A stretch of DNA of 64,000 nt. It comes from Azolla caroliniana. Its lineage: Eukaryota > Plantae > Polypodiophyta. The position numbers were made by a program, and so were the translations under genes. The DNA is taken from contig JBHGNT010000015.1 of the NCBI GenBank assembly GCA_043228905.1, forward strand, positions 9,610,001 to 9,674,000, written 5' to 3'. The first letter of the stretch is position 1. Each line of letters begins with the position of its first letter. Shown here in pieces: positions 50,060-63,940 of this stretch. The notes under the pieces are model-generated. The model made no database searches, was not told the origin of the DNA, and saw only the letters and a list, made by a program, of their open reading frames with translations.

Positions 50060-50636
50060 TGTTGAGAAACACACTCAACTTACCGTGAGTGGGAACACAC
50101 TCTAGGATACTCAAGTGCGTGAACACCCCACCTCCTTGTATAGTAACTAGTGTGTCATAGAAGTTAATGTCCTATAACACATATTCTTTAAGTAGTTAAG
50201 ACACAACCTCTTTCCCAAGAGGCCGTACTAGTGAGTGGGAACACACTCTAGGATACTCAAGTGTGTGAACACCCCACCTCCTTGTATAGTAACTAGTGTG
50301 TCATAGAAGTTAATGTCGTATAACACATATTCTTTAAGTAGTTAAGACACAACCTCTTTCCCAAGAGGCCGTACTAGTGAGTGGGAACACACTCTAGGAT
50401 ACTCAAGTGTGTGAACACCCCACCTCCTTGTATAGTAACTAGTGTGTCATAGAAGTTAATGTCCTATAACACATATTCTTTAAGTAGTTAAGACACAACC
50501 TCTTTCACAAGAGGTCGTACTAGTAAGAGAACTTAGAGAGAAGGTGACTATATAAGGATCTTCTCTCTCTCTTTGTAATTGTTGGTTATTCTTGCTTCCT
50601 CATGAATATAGTTTTTTGATTTTCTGTAATCGTGAG

Positions 50637-50671
<35 letters not shown>

Positions 50672-53600
50672 CACAGTTCTTCCGTTGCACAGAATCCATC
50701 CAATTCTTTACATGGTATCAAAGCACGTGGTTGCTTGATCAAAGCCCATCGCCTCTACGTGTGTTGTACCCGACTCCGCGTTCGACAAGAACGGATTGAT
50801 CATTGTAGCAGCCATTTGCATAGTTCGCATCAAGAATAAGAAGAAGAAGCTCAACATGAACACACAGATGGGAAGCGTTTTTTCTACCAAAAAGCTCGAC
50901 AGAAACAACTTTGCATCGTGGGAGTACAAGATGCAAGAATACCTTGTCGGCCAAGGCTATTGGAGTTATGTCGAAGGGGCAAACGAGAATCAACCCAACC
51001 CAACACATGTCGACTACCTAGCTTGGGAGCAAGCGGTGAGTCGTGTGTTGTACTACCTTGCATCATGCGTCCATGATCACATGCTCGGCTACATCCAAGA
51101 GGCCAAAACGCCGAAGGAGGCATGGGGAAACCTCAAGAAGATTTTTGCGGCCAACACTACTGCAAGAAAGCTTCAACTCCGTCAAGAGTTGAATGGCATA
51201 CAATAGAGGGACATGTCAATCGGCAACTACACCTTGAAGATCAAGGAGTTGTGTGATGCCCTCGAGTCAATCAATGTTAGCATTGACGGCGATGAAATGG
51301 TGCAGATTTTCCTCGGAGGCTTAGCACCTCAGTTCGGGGCCATTTGGTTAGCAGTCTTCACGAGGGAGGATCCTGCCTCCTTCATCGATCTCCATTTGAT
51401 GTTGCTGGTCGAGGAGAATCATGTTTGAACAGGAAGCAATATGCAAGAAGGACAAATGTTGTATTCAAACTTCAATGAAGGAAGAGGACAAGGTTGGGGA
51501 AGAAGAGGCCGATTTGGCCAAGGCCGACACAACCAAGAGCAACCCCGAGAACACAACTTCTATTAACGACAAGACGTCTCGAATGTGTGAGGCGGAGCTT
51601 CTGGAAGAGGGGGGAGGAATCAGGTCGGTCCAACCGTCAAAACAATCCTGCTCAGTGCAGACACTGTGGTAAATTTGGCCACTATGAGGCAGAGTGTCGG
51701 AAGAAGAGGAGTGAGTCGGCCTCCACAAGCCAACAACTCACAAACTACGCCTCCAACTCTGAGTACGGCAATCATGGCAGAGTGTTTGTGATGAGGCACC
51801 AAGCGCACTTGATGACAACCTCAAACCCGAGCAACACCTCCAAACCAAAAGATGTATGATTTGTCGACTCGGGCGCATCGAACCACAGGACATTCCATGA
51901 TAATTGGTTCCAGGAGCTACAAAAGCCCGAACGACCTAGCTATGTGGAAACTGGGGATGATACAATTCACCCCATTCAACATGTTGACAATGTCCCATTT
52001 GGGGAAGAAGGCAACCAAACATACATCAAGAATGTTCTCATGTTCCTACAATAACAAAGAACGTGGTCTCAGTTGGCTAGATAGTCGAACAAGGCATGCA
52101 AGTCCGCTTCAACGATGTGGTTGCTTCATTGAAAAAGAAGGCCCACTTATCGCTCGCGGTCGAAGAGAAGGTCTGATGTTCATCCTCAACTCTCACGAGA
52201 TGAACTCGGCAATGTATGCCAAGGGCCAGAGAGCCGACACCGACATAGAGTTGTCGCACAAGAGGATAACAAACATTAATCTCCAAAAGCTAAAGCGAAT
52301 GCAGTTGAAAGGATTTGTCACCCGACTCCCAACCTTCACCGAAAAGGAAATTGCAAGTGTGTGTGAAGCTTGTCAATTCGGCAAACAACACCAACAACCG
52401 TTCCCAACGAAAGGAACACAAGCAAAGGGATCGTGGATGTAATACATTCAGATATATGGGGACCAACCCGGACGACAACATTCGATGGTTGCCTATATTA
52501 CGTAATGTTCATCGATGACTTCTCCAGACATACATGGATCTACCCCATGCAGCAGATAAGCGAAGTGTTTGGACACTTCCAAAGGTTCAAAAACGAAGTC
52601 GAAAAGGCAACCGGTCGGCATGTCCGATGCCTTCGATAAGACGGTGCACTAAGTTACCCCCTGCAAAAAGTTCTATGGGAAGAAACTGGACATATCTCAT
52701 GTCAAGATATTCGGTTCAATTGCATATGTACATATTCCCCATGACCTGCAATAGAAGCTCGATCTCAAGTCGGAGAAATGTATAGTCATAGGGTACTCAC
52801 TCGAGCAAAAAGGGTATAAGTGCTTCAACCCTTCCACCGAAAAGGTACGAGTGAGTAGGGATGTAGTATTCGATGAATCAACATCCTGGTATATAGTCGA
52901 ATCAGCCCCATCTGACACAATCGAAACAAAGTTCGACATAGATGCAGAGCAGGATGATCGACTGAGGTTCACATAAGACGAAAGTTCAATTTCAACCAGG
53001 TTGAGTGGACCACAAGAACCTCCAAGTGACCAAAGCACGTTGTGACCGAGTTTGAAATAGGACAAAGGAAGGGCGAAAATGCTTGAGTACGAAGACTCAG
53101 TTGGAAATGAATCAACTCACTTACCCGACAGTGAGTTTGGTAGATTTGATGTTCCCATCATGAGGACACAAGGAGAAGCACGTCGATCTAGCCAAGAAAA
53201 GAACATAGTTAGCTGATTCGGCTACAACGACTACATGGCATATCATTATGCATTCATGATGAAGGTGTTGACAGTTCGAGAATCGGAAAACTATTCTGAA
53301 GCCATGAAGGACCCTAGATGGGTCGAAGCGATGAATGAGGAGATGCAAGCACTCGCCAAGAACGAGACTTGCGATCTTGTCCCTTCCTCAAACCACCAAA
53401 AGGCAATTGGATGGCGATGGATTTTCAAGGTAAAGCACAACATCGACGACATTGTCCATTGGTACAAGGTCCGTGTTGTGGCAAAGGGGTACGCCTAGAC
53501 ACACAATGTCGACTATGAAGAGACCTTTGCCCCAGTAGCAAAGATGACTACAATTCTAACAAAAGGTTAGAACCTCCACCAAATGGACATAAAGAATGCC

Positions 53601-54736
53601 TTTCTACAAGGTGAGTTAGTCGAAGAGGTGTACATGGTGCAACCACCTGGATTCGTGACCATTGCGCATCCGAATGATGTCTGTCGACTCAAAAAGCCTC
53701 TCTACGGCCTGAATTAGGCATCTAGAGCATGGCATTTGAAGATAATGCAATATCTTCATCAAATCGACTTCAACATGTCAAAGTCCAACAACTCCCTGTT
53801 TATCCGGAGCAAGTCCAGAGGATAGGTATTTATCATCATTTATGTGGATTACTTGGTCATAGGAGGAGAGCATTTCGCGGATATTGAGCACATCAAGAAG
53901 CTACTCTCTAGCCTATTCGAAATGACCGATATGAAGGAGCTCCATTACTTCTTACGAATTGAAGTAATTCAGACTCCAGACAGCATCATGCTTTCTCAAA
54001 AGCACTACATCCTCAATCTTCTTTACAAGTTTGGGATGACACAATGTAAGCCCGTCACTACTCGCGATCAAGATCTAAAGCTAGATACCGACTCAGGCAC
54101 GAGAAAGTGTGAGTTGACGCACTATCGTCAACTAGTCGGAAGCCTCATCTACCTCACAATTACCCGACCCGACTTGAGTTATCCGATCGGCCTTCTTATC
54201 TAGTTCATGCAAACTCCACGAGACATCCATCTCGACTGTGCTAAGCAAGTGCTAAGGTATATCAGTGGAACCATGGATTTCGGCATCCTTTACAAATGGG
54301 TCACATTGATACGACTCGAAGGATATACCGGTGTCGACTAGGCCGGCTATAGAGCTGACTGACAATCAACATCCGAATTTTTTTTGTGTCTCGGCAGTGG
54401 TGCCATATCGTGTAGTAAGAATTAGCGGACAATCACATTGTCGAGCACCGAAGCCAAATACAAGGGCACGACCATAGCCACATGCGAAGCCGTTTTGCTC
54501 AAGAGAATCTTGAAGGATCAAGGCGTTCCCATCAAGGATTCGATTCTCCTCTACTGCAACAACATGAGCAATGTCCACCTCGCTGAGAACCCAGTCTCCC
54601 ATGCTCAGTCTAAGCACATGTAAGTGCACTATCACTTCATCCGAGAGAGTGTTTTGTCCGGGGATGTGGACATGCAACACATTAGCACAAACTTGTAGAC
54701 GGCCGACATCTTCACCAAGGCCTTGGGATTTTACCA
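50060..54736 (+). mobile_element. Ty1/Copia element (5' LTR 50060-50712, Met PBS 50713-50724, degraded gag-pol from 50856), 3'-truncated
   Basis: TGTTGAG...TTTACA then TGGTATCAAAGC; KLDRNNFASW gag, CRHCGKFGHYEAEC, HSDIWGP, ADIFTKAL; integrase core deletion near 52645. Confidence 0.92.
50085..50522 (+). repeat. 3 x 146-bp near-identical tandem repeat in Copia U3
   Basis: GTGAGTGGGAACACACTCTAGG at 50085, 50231 and 50377. Confidence 0.95.
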
Positions 54737-54926
54737 TCTAATTCTCTCTTAAAATTTAATTACCCATTAATACATTATACTCGTGGGATTCACGAGTTTC
54801 ATATCTTCTTCTTACAATGTCTTCCTAACTAACATTATCTCATATTCTTCTTTCTCCTAGTCCAAAGCCCCAGCGGTTCCCACCCGACTCACGCAAACGA
54901 TCCGGCGCCGAAAGACACGACACAAG

Positions 54927-54943
54927 TGGTGAACCCAACGTGA
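54927..54943 (+). promoter_or_regulatory. Primer-binding site for tRNA-Trp
   Basis: TGGTGAACCCAACGTGA 4 nt after the LTR. Confidence 0.88.
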
Positions 54944-57686
54944 ACATGGGTGGCAAGGAGATGGAAAACCAACCGGAGGCTAACAACATGATGATGATGT
55001 TCGAGCGGATGCTTCAAGAACAACATGCGATGTCGGAGATAGTGGCGGCAGTAGAGCGGCTCGTGCAACGGATCGGGCAATTCAAGGGAAAGGACGTATC
55101 ACGCTATCTTCGGGACTACAAGGCGGAAATGATAGGGTGCGGGATTTTGGAAGGACTGCAAGTGACATCCTTCAACCGGGTAGCTACCGACGGGCTTCAA
55201 GCAAGTATCCATGGGCTACGACAACAAAATCCGACGTGGGAAGCATTTGAAGAGGTGTTAAAGACCATGTTCGCTATTGAGGACTCCTCCAAAGCAACGC
55301 GGAGAGGATTTGAGGATTGGGTGGAAACGCCAGACAAGGGGATGAAGGTCCTCGATGTGTTTTTGGCATTCGAAAGTCGGTTCGGGAGGTTGTCTGCGAG
55401 AGATCAAGCTATCCTCGCACCGGACAAAGTTATCATGTTCTTACGAGCCGTAGAAGACCAGGACCGGAAGGATCTTGGAGTGCTTCTAGAGGACACGACT
55501 ACTGAGAGTGGCCTCACCAAAACATGGGAAAGCGTGCGGGATATCATCGCGCGATACACAAAGAGGGGGCAAAGGCTTGCCAATGAAGAAAAGAGGGTTT
55601 CGGAACCAATATCCGAAACTGAGATCCGGATCGGAAGACCATCAACCGCGGGGTCGAGAGACTACGACCGAGAAGGGAATCAACGCAACCACGGTGGAGC
55701 AATTGCTGAAGGAGACGAGCACAAGGAGGCCTTATGGGATCTTATCTACTACGAGGGAAATCGGATTCATTCGATGGATTCTCGGAAGCCAGTCCGACCG
55801 AACTTCCGGAAAGGCGGCATGAAGAAGGTCCTAGAGGAGGAGATCGCAGCGAAAGACAATTATGTGACAACCGGGGGAATACATGTGGGGGAGTCATCTG
55901 CAGCAAAGGCGTCTTTTTGGCCGGAAGTGTTAGAAATTTCGAAGAAAGCCGACCATGATGAAATCCGAAGCACCACGGAATGTATCCGGGAAGCTACGGG
56001 ATGGGAGTGCCCCGTAGATAAGAATAGCGTACATGCGCTATGTCAATTGCATGAAGTGTATGTGGATGAAAAACGTCGGCGCACGGATGATGCGGCCGGA
56101 CCATCAAAGACACCGGAAATCTGGAACTCCGGAGGGAAGGGAGAAGAAAAGACGATTCCGGCATTCAAGCTCGCCTCGAACATCGAACAACAAACGGACA
56201 TAAAAAAAGTGTTCAAAGATAGAATCCTCGATAGTCGGGTAGAATTTTCGCTTTGGGAATTACTCGGAATAGCGAAGAAGGAGTTCCACGATCTTCTTGT
56301 GGATCTCATGAAGAGAAAAAGACAAAGTACATACGAAAATGCTCCAAGGGTGAATGCAAATACCGTCTTAATGAATGACACCGAAGTGGAGGATGAAATA
56401 CCGAACTCCCACTACATAAGGCCACACTGGGCACGTGCAACTACCGAGACCCCGGTTCGAATCGGCAACATCAAAGAGCCCGTGCTAGCATTGATTGATC
56501 ACGGATCGAAGATCAATTTGATGTCCACGGAGTTCTACCGGAAGGGGAAGTGGCCTATAAACACTAACCATGGATGGAAGCTCCGGGTAGCCACTAAAGC
56601 AACGGAAGATCTATTTGTGGCTTGTTCGGATGTGACGGTGAAGATCGGGGATGTCGAGATCAACCAAAATTTCTTCGTACAAGACGAGGTCTCACATTCT
56701 GTGATCCTTGGGCAACCATTTATCACGGCATCACGGATGGAAATGAAGGTGCTCAATAGCAGTGCGGCTTTCACATGAATATGAAGCCAAAGCGGAGGGA
56801 AATCTGTCCAATTCCTAATTGTGCCAAGAGAGAGCTCTTGTCCCAAACAAGGATGGATTTTTAGAGTGGACTGTTGTAGAGTGGGGAAGTGATAGTCCGA
56901 GGAGCCCTGATACCCCACACAGGAAGAAAACTCTCGGAGCAAAACAAGTATGAATCGGTCTGGATGGGGCATCCACGTACACGGCCGTAACCGGAGGAAT
57001 GAAGAAAGAATACCGAAAAGTGGAGGATAAGTTACGGTCGTTATCAATAATAAAAGAAGACGAAGAAATCGTGGGAATAGTCGAAGAAGTATTCTATGGG
57101 AGCATGCTACAATGGCTTGAAGAGCTCACGAAAGATACAAGCTAGGGAAACCGGGTAATTCCGGTGGAATCGGTCGAGATGTACGAGATCATTGCGAAAA
57201 TGGGGCCGAATGCACTCCACAAAGAAGAAGCAATGGTAAGTACAAAATACAAGACTGTGGAGAAGAAGGTGAAACCGGTCGCGGGACCACTACCCGCCAA
57301 TAGCGAACAAAAGAGGAAAGAAGTCTCGAGAGATCCGACACTTCGGAAGTCCGTGGATATCGGACATGCCTTCACGGATGAGACCCGGAAGAAACTTCGG
57401 ATCGGTGGAGGTGGTTTCCTTTTACAAAATGAAGAAGAACGATTCCGTGGGATGTTGGAACAACATGGGAAAGCATTTGCATTCACATCGAAGGAGATAG
57501 GGTGCGTTGATCCGAAGATAGTGGAGCCGATGGTGATCTTCACGATTGACCATTTGCCGTGGAACCTGAAGCCAATTCCGGTGCCGTGGGAGCATATTCC
57601 GAAAGTCATCGACTTGCTCAAGGAGAAGGTAGCGATGGGGATTCTAGAGCCATCAAATGCTCCATACTCAAATCGATGGTTTACGG

Positions 57687-58449
57687 TGTCGTAGTGTATT
57701 TCGTACACTACGTGAAAAAGTAAAAATAATATAACCGATTTAATTACATATAAATAAATAAAATAATATATCAAGATATTTATCACGTGCACAGGGCAGG
57801 ATTCGAACCCTATACCTCCACGTAGCCAAACCTCAACTTTACCATTATACTACCTTATCTTTAGTGTTCTATAAATAGATTTAATAACTATAAGTGCTTT
57901 ATTTGCGCCTACCTTTATTAAAAGGTAAATCGTGCATTTTTTAGAGTGCGTGAATATTTTATAGAAAAACGCAAGCAACAAAAAAGTGACTCATGCACAT
58001 CTAGCGTGCATGAGCACTATATTTAGCAAATAAAAGCAAGGATTAGAAAAGCATCACATGCACATTTAGTGTGCATGAACATATTAGAAAAAAAAGCATG
58101 TAGCTATGCTTAGTCTCTCCCATCACTACATAAGGATGGGGAGCACAATGTAATAGGCGTGTGAAAAATATTTGGAAACTGGATATGTTTCTAAAAAACA
58201 CCAATTAATAAACTATACTCGTGGGATTCACGAGGATTCTATATCATTCTCTTTCAACCCAAATTTATTTTCTTATATTCATATTGATTAATCAAATACA
58301 ATACACTCGTGGGATTCACGAGTTTGCTATAACTCTTTCTTACAACATATTTATATTCTTATTAGCCTTAAAACTCTCCTCTTCGTAGTCCAAAACCCCA
58401 GCGGTTCCCACCCGACTCACGCAACGATCCGGAGCCGAAAGGCACGACA
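57687..58449 (+). mobile_element. Solo LTR of family B (763 bp)
   Basis: TGTCGTAGTG...GGCACGACA with 4-bp ACGG TSD splitting the RT WFTVPK codons. Confidence 0.95.
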
Positions 58450-59507
58450 ACGGTTCCGAAGAAGAATGGGTCACTCCGATTTATCCAAGACTTGCAACCG
58501 GTGAACAAAGACACGATCCGGAACTCCGGAGTCGGTCCGATAGTGAACGAATTTGCGGAAGCATTTGCCGATTGTGCGATATATTCCATCGGAGACCTAT
58601 ACTCGGGATATGACCAATTCCAACTAGTCGTGGAGAGCGGAGACATCACTACCATGGGGACACCGATAGGATTAGTCCAGATGTGCACACTACCACAATG
58701 AGCGACAAACTCGGTTGCACATATGATGAACGTTGTCGTGCCTTTCAGCTCCAGATCGTTGCGTGAGTCGGGTGTGAACCGCCGAGGTTTTGGACTAGGA
58801 GGAAGAAAAATACAAATAAGGCTAGTAAAGAATAGGTATAAAGAGTTATAAGATAAGAATCTTGTGAATCCCACGAGTTTAGTATACATAGTCAATATTT
58901 AGGTAGTAAGAGAGAATTATTTTAGCAAATTCGTGAATCCCACGAATATTTTAGATTGATCGATCATTATAGAAAAAAAAATCAACAAAAACTACAATGT
59001 GCTCCCCATCCTTATATAGTGATGGGAGAGACTAATCATAGCTACATGCTTTTTTCTAATATGCACACTAAATGTGCATGTGATGCTTTTCTAATCCTTG
59101 CTTTTATTTGCTAAATATAGTGCTCATGCACGCTAGATGTGCATGAGTCACTTTTTAGTTGCTTGCGTTTTTCTATAAAATATTCACGCACTCTAAAAAT
59201 GCATGATTTACCTTTTAATAAAGGTAGGCACAAATAAAGCACTTATAGTTATTAAATCTATTTGTAGACACTAAAGATAAGGTAGCATAATGGTAAAGTT
59301 GAGGTTTGGCTACGTGGAGGTATAGGGTTTGAATCTTGCCTTATGCACGTGATAAATATTTTGATATATATTATTTATTTATTTATATGTATCTAAAATC
59401 GGATATATTATTTTATGGTTTTCACGTAGTGTGTGGAATACACTACGGCACTCGCCCCCTCCGAACCCGCACATCCTCCGGTATGTGTCGAAGTTCTCGA
59501 TTCCTCA

Positions 59508-60720
59508 TATCCGTCTTCACCCAAAGCTTCCTCCTATTCTCCCCTAATGTCGACTATGAGTTGCAATTCACTTTCTTCGCTTCCCGCATCACCGTGGTCT
59601 TTGTCCGATTGCTCCTCGTTGTCGGCCTTGGCTTGGATCACATAGGGTTTGTCGTCGGTCCGCTTCTTGAAAATCTTCACCCACTTTCCGGCTATAGGCA
59701 CTCGTAGTATTGTTCCATCCAACTCGGACAGTCGGTACGTTCCGTTGTCGAAGACTTCCCGAACCACCTTTTTGCGAATTTTCGCATCGTTGTATGTTGG
59801 GTTTAGGGTTTATCCGTCTTCACCCAAAGCTTCCTCCGATTCTCCCCTAATGTCGACTATGAGTTGCAATTCACTTTCTTCGCTTCCCGCATCACCGTGG
59901 TCTTCGTCCGATTGCTCCTCGTTGTCGGCCTTGGCTTGGATCACATAGGGTTTGTCGTCGGTCCGCTTCTTGAAAATCTTCACCCACTTCCCGGCTATAG
60001 GCACTCGTAGTATTGTTCCATCCAACTCAGACAGTCGGTACGTTCCGTTGTCGAAGACTTCCCGAACCACCTTTTTACGAATTTCCGCATCGTTGTATGT
60101 TGGGTTTAGGGTTTATCCGTCTTCACCCAAAGCTTCCTCCGATTCTCCCCTAATGTCGACTATGAGTTGCAATTCACTTTCTTCGCTTCCCGCATCACCG
60201 TGGTCTTCGTCCGATTGCTCCTCGTTGTCGGCCTTGGCTTGGATCACATAGGGTTTGTCGTCGGTCCGCTTCTTGAAAATCTTCACCCACTTCCCGGCTA
60301 TAGGCACTCGTAGTATTGTTCCATCCAACTCGGACAGTCGGTACGTTCCGTTGTCGAAGACTTCCCGAACCACCTTTTTGCGAATTTCCGCATCGTTGTA
60401 TGTTGGGTTTAGGGTTTATCCGTCTTCACCCAAAGCTTCCTCCGATTCTCCCCTAATGTCGACTATGAGTTGCAATTCACTTTCTTCGATTCCCGCATCA
60501 CCGTGGTCTTCGTCCGATTGCTCCTCGTTGTCGGCCTTGGCTTGGATCACATAGGGTTTGTCGTCAGTCCGCTTCTTGAAAATCTTCACCTGCTTTCCGG
60601 CTATAGGCACTCGTAGTATTGTTCCATCCAACTCGGACAGTCGGTACCTTCCGTTGTCAAAGACTTTCCGAACCTCATTTGGCCCGAACCACCTTTTTGC
60701 GAATTTCCGCATCGTTGTAT
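59508..60720. repeat. 4 x 303-bp tandem duplication of the integrase C-terminus
   Basis: TATCCGTCTTCACCCAAAGC at 59508, 59811, 60114 and 60417. Confidence 0.95.
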
Positions 60721-63700
60721 CTTGATGGTCCAAACTACTGTCATAGACGATCACCCAATCTCCTTCTTCAATCCTCCTCGGTCGTAGTCGGTGCTTTGTG
60801 TCGAACCGGCTTTTGTTCCGGAACTGTGCTTCTTGTTGTCGGCGTATTGCTTCCGCTATGTCTGCCGGTCTTCCCTCTAGTTGTCGTATCCGGACCGCTA
60901 GTAGTTCTTCCCGGCTCATCTCTTCCTTCCACGGTAGCACTGTCCATGTTGCGATCGCGGTTTCCGTCGGCATTACCAGTGCTTGTCCGGTCATGAGTTC
61001 TGCCGGCATGTAACCGGTTACGGAGCTATGCGTCGTCCGATCCGCCCATAGTGCATACGGAAGCATCTGTGGCCAGTCCTTCACCTTTCCATTGCATGCC
61101 TTCGCAAGTGCTTTCACGATCGGACTATGTCCTCGTTCGATTTTCCCGTTGGCCTCCGGATTGTATGCCGTTGTCAGCGATAACCGAACTCCGTGTTTGG
61201 CGAAGAATCCCCTAGCTTTGTCCGAGTCGAGTTCTCCCCGGTCCGCAATCACTTGCCGTACGCACCCGTACCTGCAAAATACTTCCTCCAAAAGAAATTG
61301 GCATACCGGGGAACACGTTTTCCTCTGAAGCGCTCGACCTTCTACTTGATTCGTGAGATCTTCCCGAGCTAATACCAAGTATTTCTTTTGTCCGATCCTA
61401 GTCGGCATGGCCACTATGTCGACCATCCACTTGAAGTTGATTGTCGGTGAGAATGTCGGATGTAACTCATCTCGATGTCGAACCCTGGAGTAGACTTGAC
61501 ATTTCTTGCAGGTTTCCGTGAACTCCACGACATCTTTGTACATTTTGTTCCACCAATATTTTTGCTTGATCTTCACAAATGTTGCCCATGTTCCTCGGTG
61601 TCCAGCCCAATCGGATTTGTGAAACTCGGACATTATCCGGTTTCGTTGCTCTTTTGTCCAAACTACTCGAAGTGGTATACCATCCGGTCTTTTCGGCGCC
61701 CTCCGTATTAAGCCGTTTTCCAAGAAGAACTTTTGGACTTGCCTCTTCTTCCTTCGGATCTCGGCTCTTCTTCCTTTATCGTTTGTTGAGTCCTCGGCCT
61801 CTTGTAACATCTTTCCGATCATCAAACTTTCTCCCTCGTATTCTTCTTCCCAGAATTCTTGGATTACGTTCACTCGGCATATGTGCTCCGACGCGAAGTA
61901 GTCTTCGAAAACTTCTTCATTATCCGATTCGGTTATGTCGTCTCCGAACCGAGCCCTTGATAACATATCCGCTACCGCATTGTCCTTCCCCGAGATGTGT
62001 CGAACCTCCGGATTAACCCACCTTATCATAGCTACATCCAGTATCGTACAACACCGCATCATCCCGAGTATCGGAAGACAATCCGTCTCGATCACCACTG
62101 CGGCTCTGATCAAATAATCCCGATCCGATTTTATCGCCGACACGACTCCCCACAGTTCTCTTTTGACTTGTGCATATCCACGTTGCCTTTCGTCGAGAAC
62201 CTTTGCTCCGAATCGGATCGGATACCGTGAACCATCCGAGTCGGCTTGATTGATGACCCACCCGATACCGGTTGGACTTGTATCAACCGTTACTATGATC
62301 GGTCGGTCGTAGCTCGGCTTCTTAAGTGCTTCCGCCCTCCGAAGTGTCTTCTTCAATTTCTTCATGGCTTTGGTGTGTTCCGGTTTCCATTCGAATTTCT
62401 TACCTTTCCGCAACAAGTGGTAGAGCGGGTCCGCTATATGTGCATAGTGCGGAATCCATATGTGATAAAATGCACATGCACCAAGAAAACTTCGAACTTC
62501 GGATGTTGACTCGCATATTTCCTCCATAGCTTGAATCGCATCGATCTTTGTTGGTGACGGTCTTCGGCCGTAGGGCCCACATAGATGTTCAACCACCAAT
62601 ATTTCTTCTTGCCCGAATGCCGATTTCTCCCCGGAAAGTGTTAGGTGCACATCTTCTAGCTTTCGCAACACTTTCTCGCAATCATGAATATGGTCGACCA
62701 CGAACTTTCGGCATCCCCGATCATCCATAGTCTCATCTTTTTCTTCTACCGCGCATCCTTTCATCGGAATGTCATCGAGGAACGGCATCGTTATCTCCGG
62801 AATGCAGTCTCGAAGCACCTTGTTCATCGCGTTCATCATATGAGCAACCGAGTTTGTCGCTCCTTGTGGTAGTGTGCACATTCGGACTAATCCTATCGGT
62901 GTTCGCATGGTTGTGATGTCTCGGCTCTCCACGGCTAGTTGGAATTGGTCATACCCCGAGTATAGGTCTCCGATGGAGTATATCGCACGACCGGCAAAAG
63001 CTTCCGCAAATTCGTCCACTATCGGACCGACTCCCGAGTTCCGTATCGTGACCTTATTCACCGGTTGCAAGTCTTGGATAAATCGGAGTGACCCATTCTT
63101 CTTCGGAACCGTAAACCATCAATTTGAGTACGGAGCAGTTGATGGCTCTAGAATCCCCGTCGCCACCTTCTCCTTGAGCAAGTCAATGACTTTCGGAATA
63201 TGCGCTCGTGGCACCGGAATCGGCTTCAGGTTCCATGGTACATGGTCAATCGTGAAGATCACCATTGGCTCCACTATTCTCGGATCGACGCACCCTATCT
63301 CCCTTGATGTAAATGCAAACGCTTTGCCGTGTTGCTCCAACATCTCGCGAAACCGTTCTTCTTCTTTTTGTAATAGGAACCCACCTCCACCGATCCGAAG
63401 TTTCTTCCAGGTCTCATCCGTGAAGGCATGTCCGATATCCACGGACTTCCGAAGTGTCGGATATCCCGAGACTTCTTTCCTCTTTTGTTCGCTATCGGCG
63501 GGTAGTGGTCTCGCGGCCGGTTTCACCTTCTTCTCTACGGTCTTGTATTTCGTACTTACCATTGCTTCTTCTTTGCGGAGCGTATCCGGCTCCATTTTCG
63601 CAATGATCTCGTACATCTCGACCGATTCCACCGGGACTACCCGGTTCCCTGGGCTTTTATCTTCCGCAAGCTCTTCAAGTCGTTGTAGCGTGCTCCCATA

Positions 63701-63940
63701 GAGCACTTCTTCGACTATCCCCATGATTTCTTCATCTTCTTTTATTATTGATGCCGACCGCAACTTATCCTCCACTTGTCGGTATCCTTTCTTCAATCCT
63801 CCGGTTACGGTCGTGTATGTAGATGCCCCATCCGGACCGATTCGTACATGTTTTGCTCCGAGAGTTTTCTTCCTGTGTGGGGTATGAGGGCTTCTCGGAC
63901 TATCACTTCCCCACTCCGCAACAGTCCGCTTTAAAAATCC
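60416..63940 (-). pseudogene. RT-RNaseH-integrase of family B (near-intact; one stop at ~63119)
   Basis: ORFs 63119-63796 and 60416-63070: FLDD, VDTS, ETDC, GHRG..CKKC, ADRG, YNPEANGKIE, WFGP. Confidence 0.93.

Larger units (their letters stand above)
54737..58733 (+). mobile_element. Trp-primed Gypsy family B, plus-strand copy (truncated 5' LTR to 54922, gag-PR 54940-56778, RT start)
   Basis: LTR end CACGACA; IDHGS protease; PIPVP, DLYSGYDQ and LPQ motifs; interrupted twice by same-family insertions. Confidence 0.92.

Noticed and set aside
62874-63701. Long antisense ORFs opposite pol or gag (also 6802-7629 and 57142-57792)
   Set aside because: Shadow frames of coding sequence with no independent motifs
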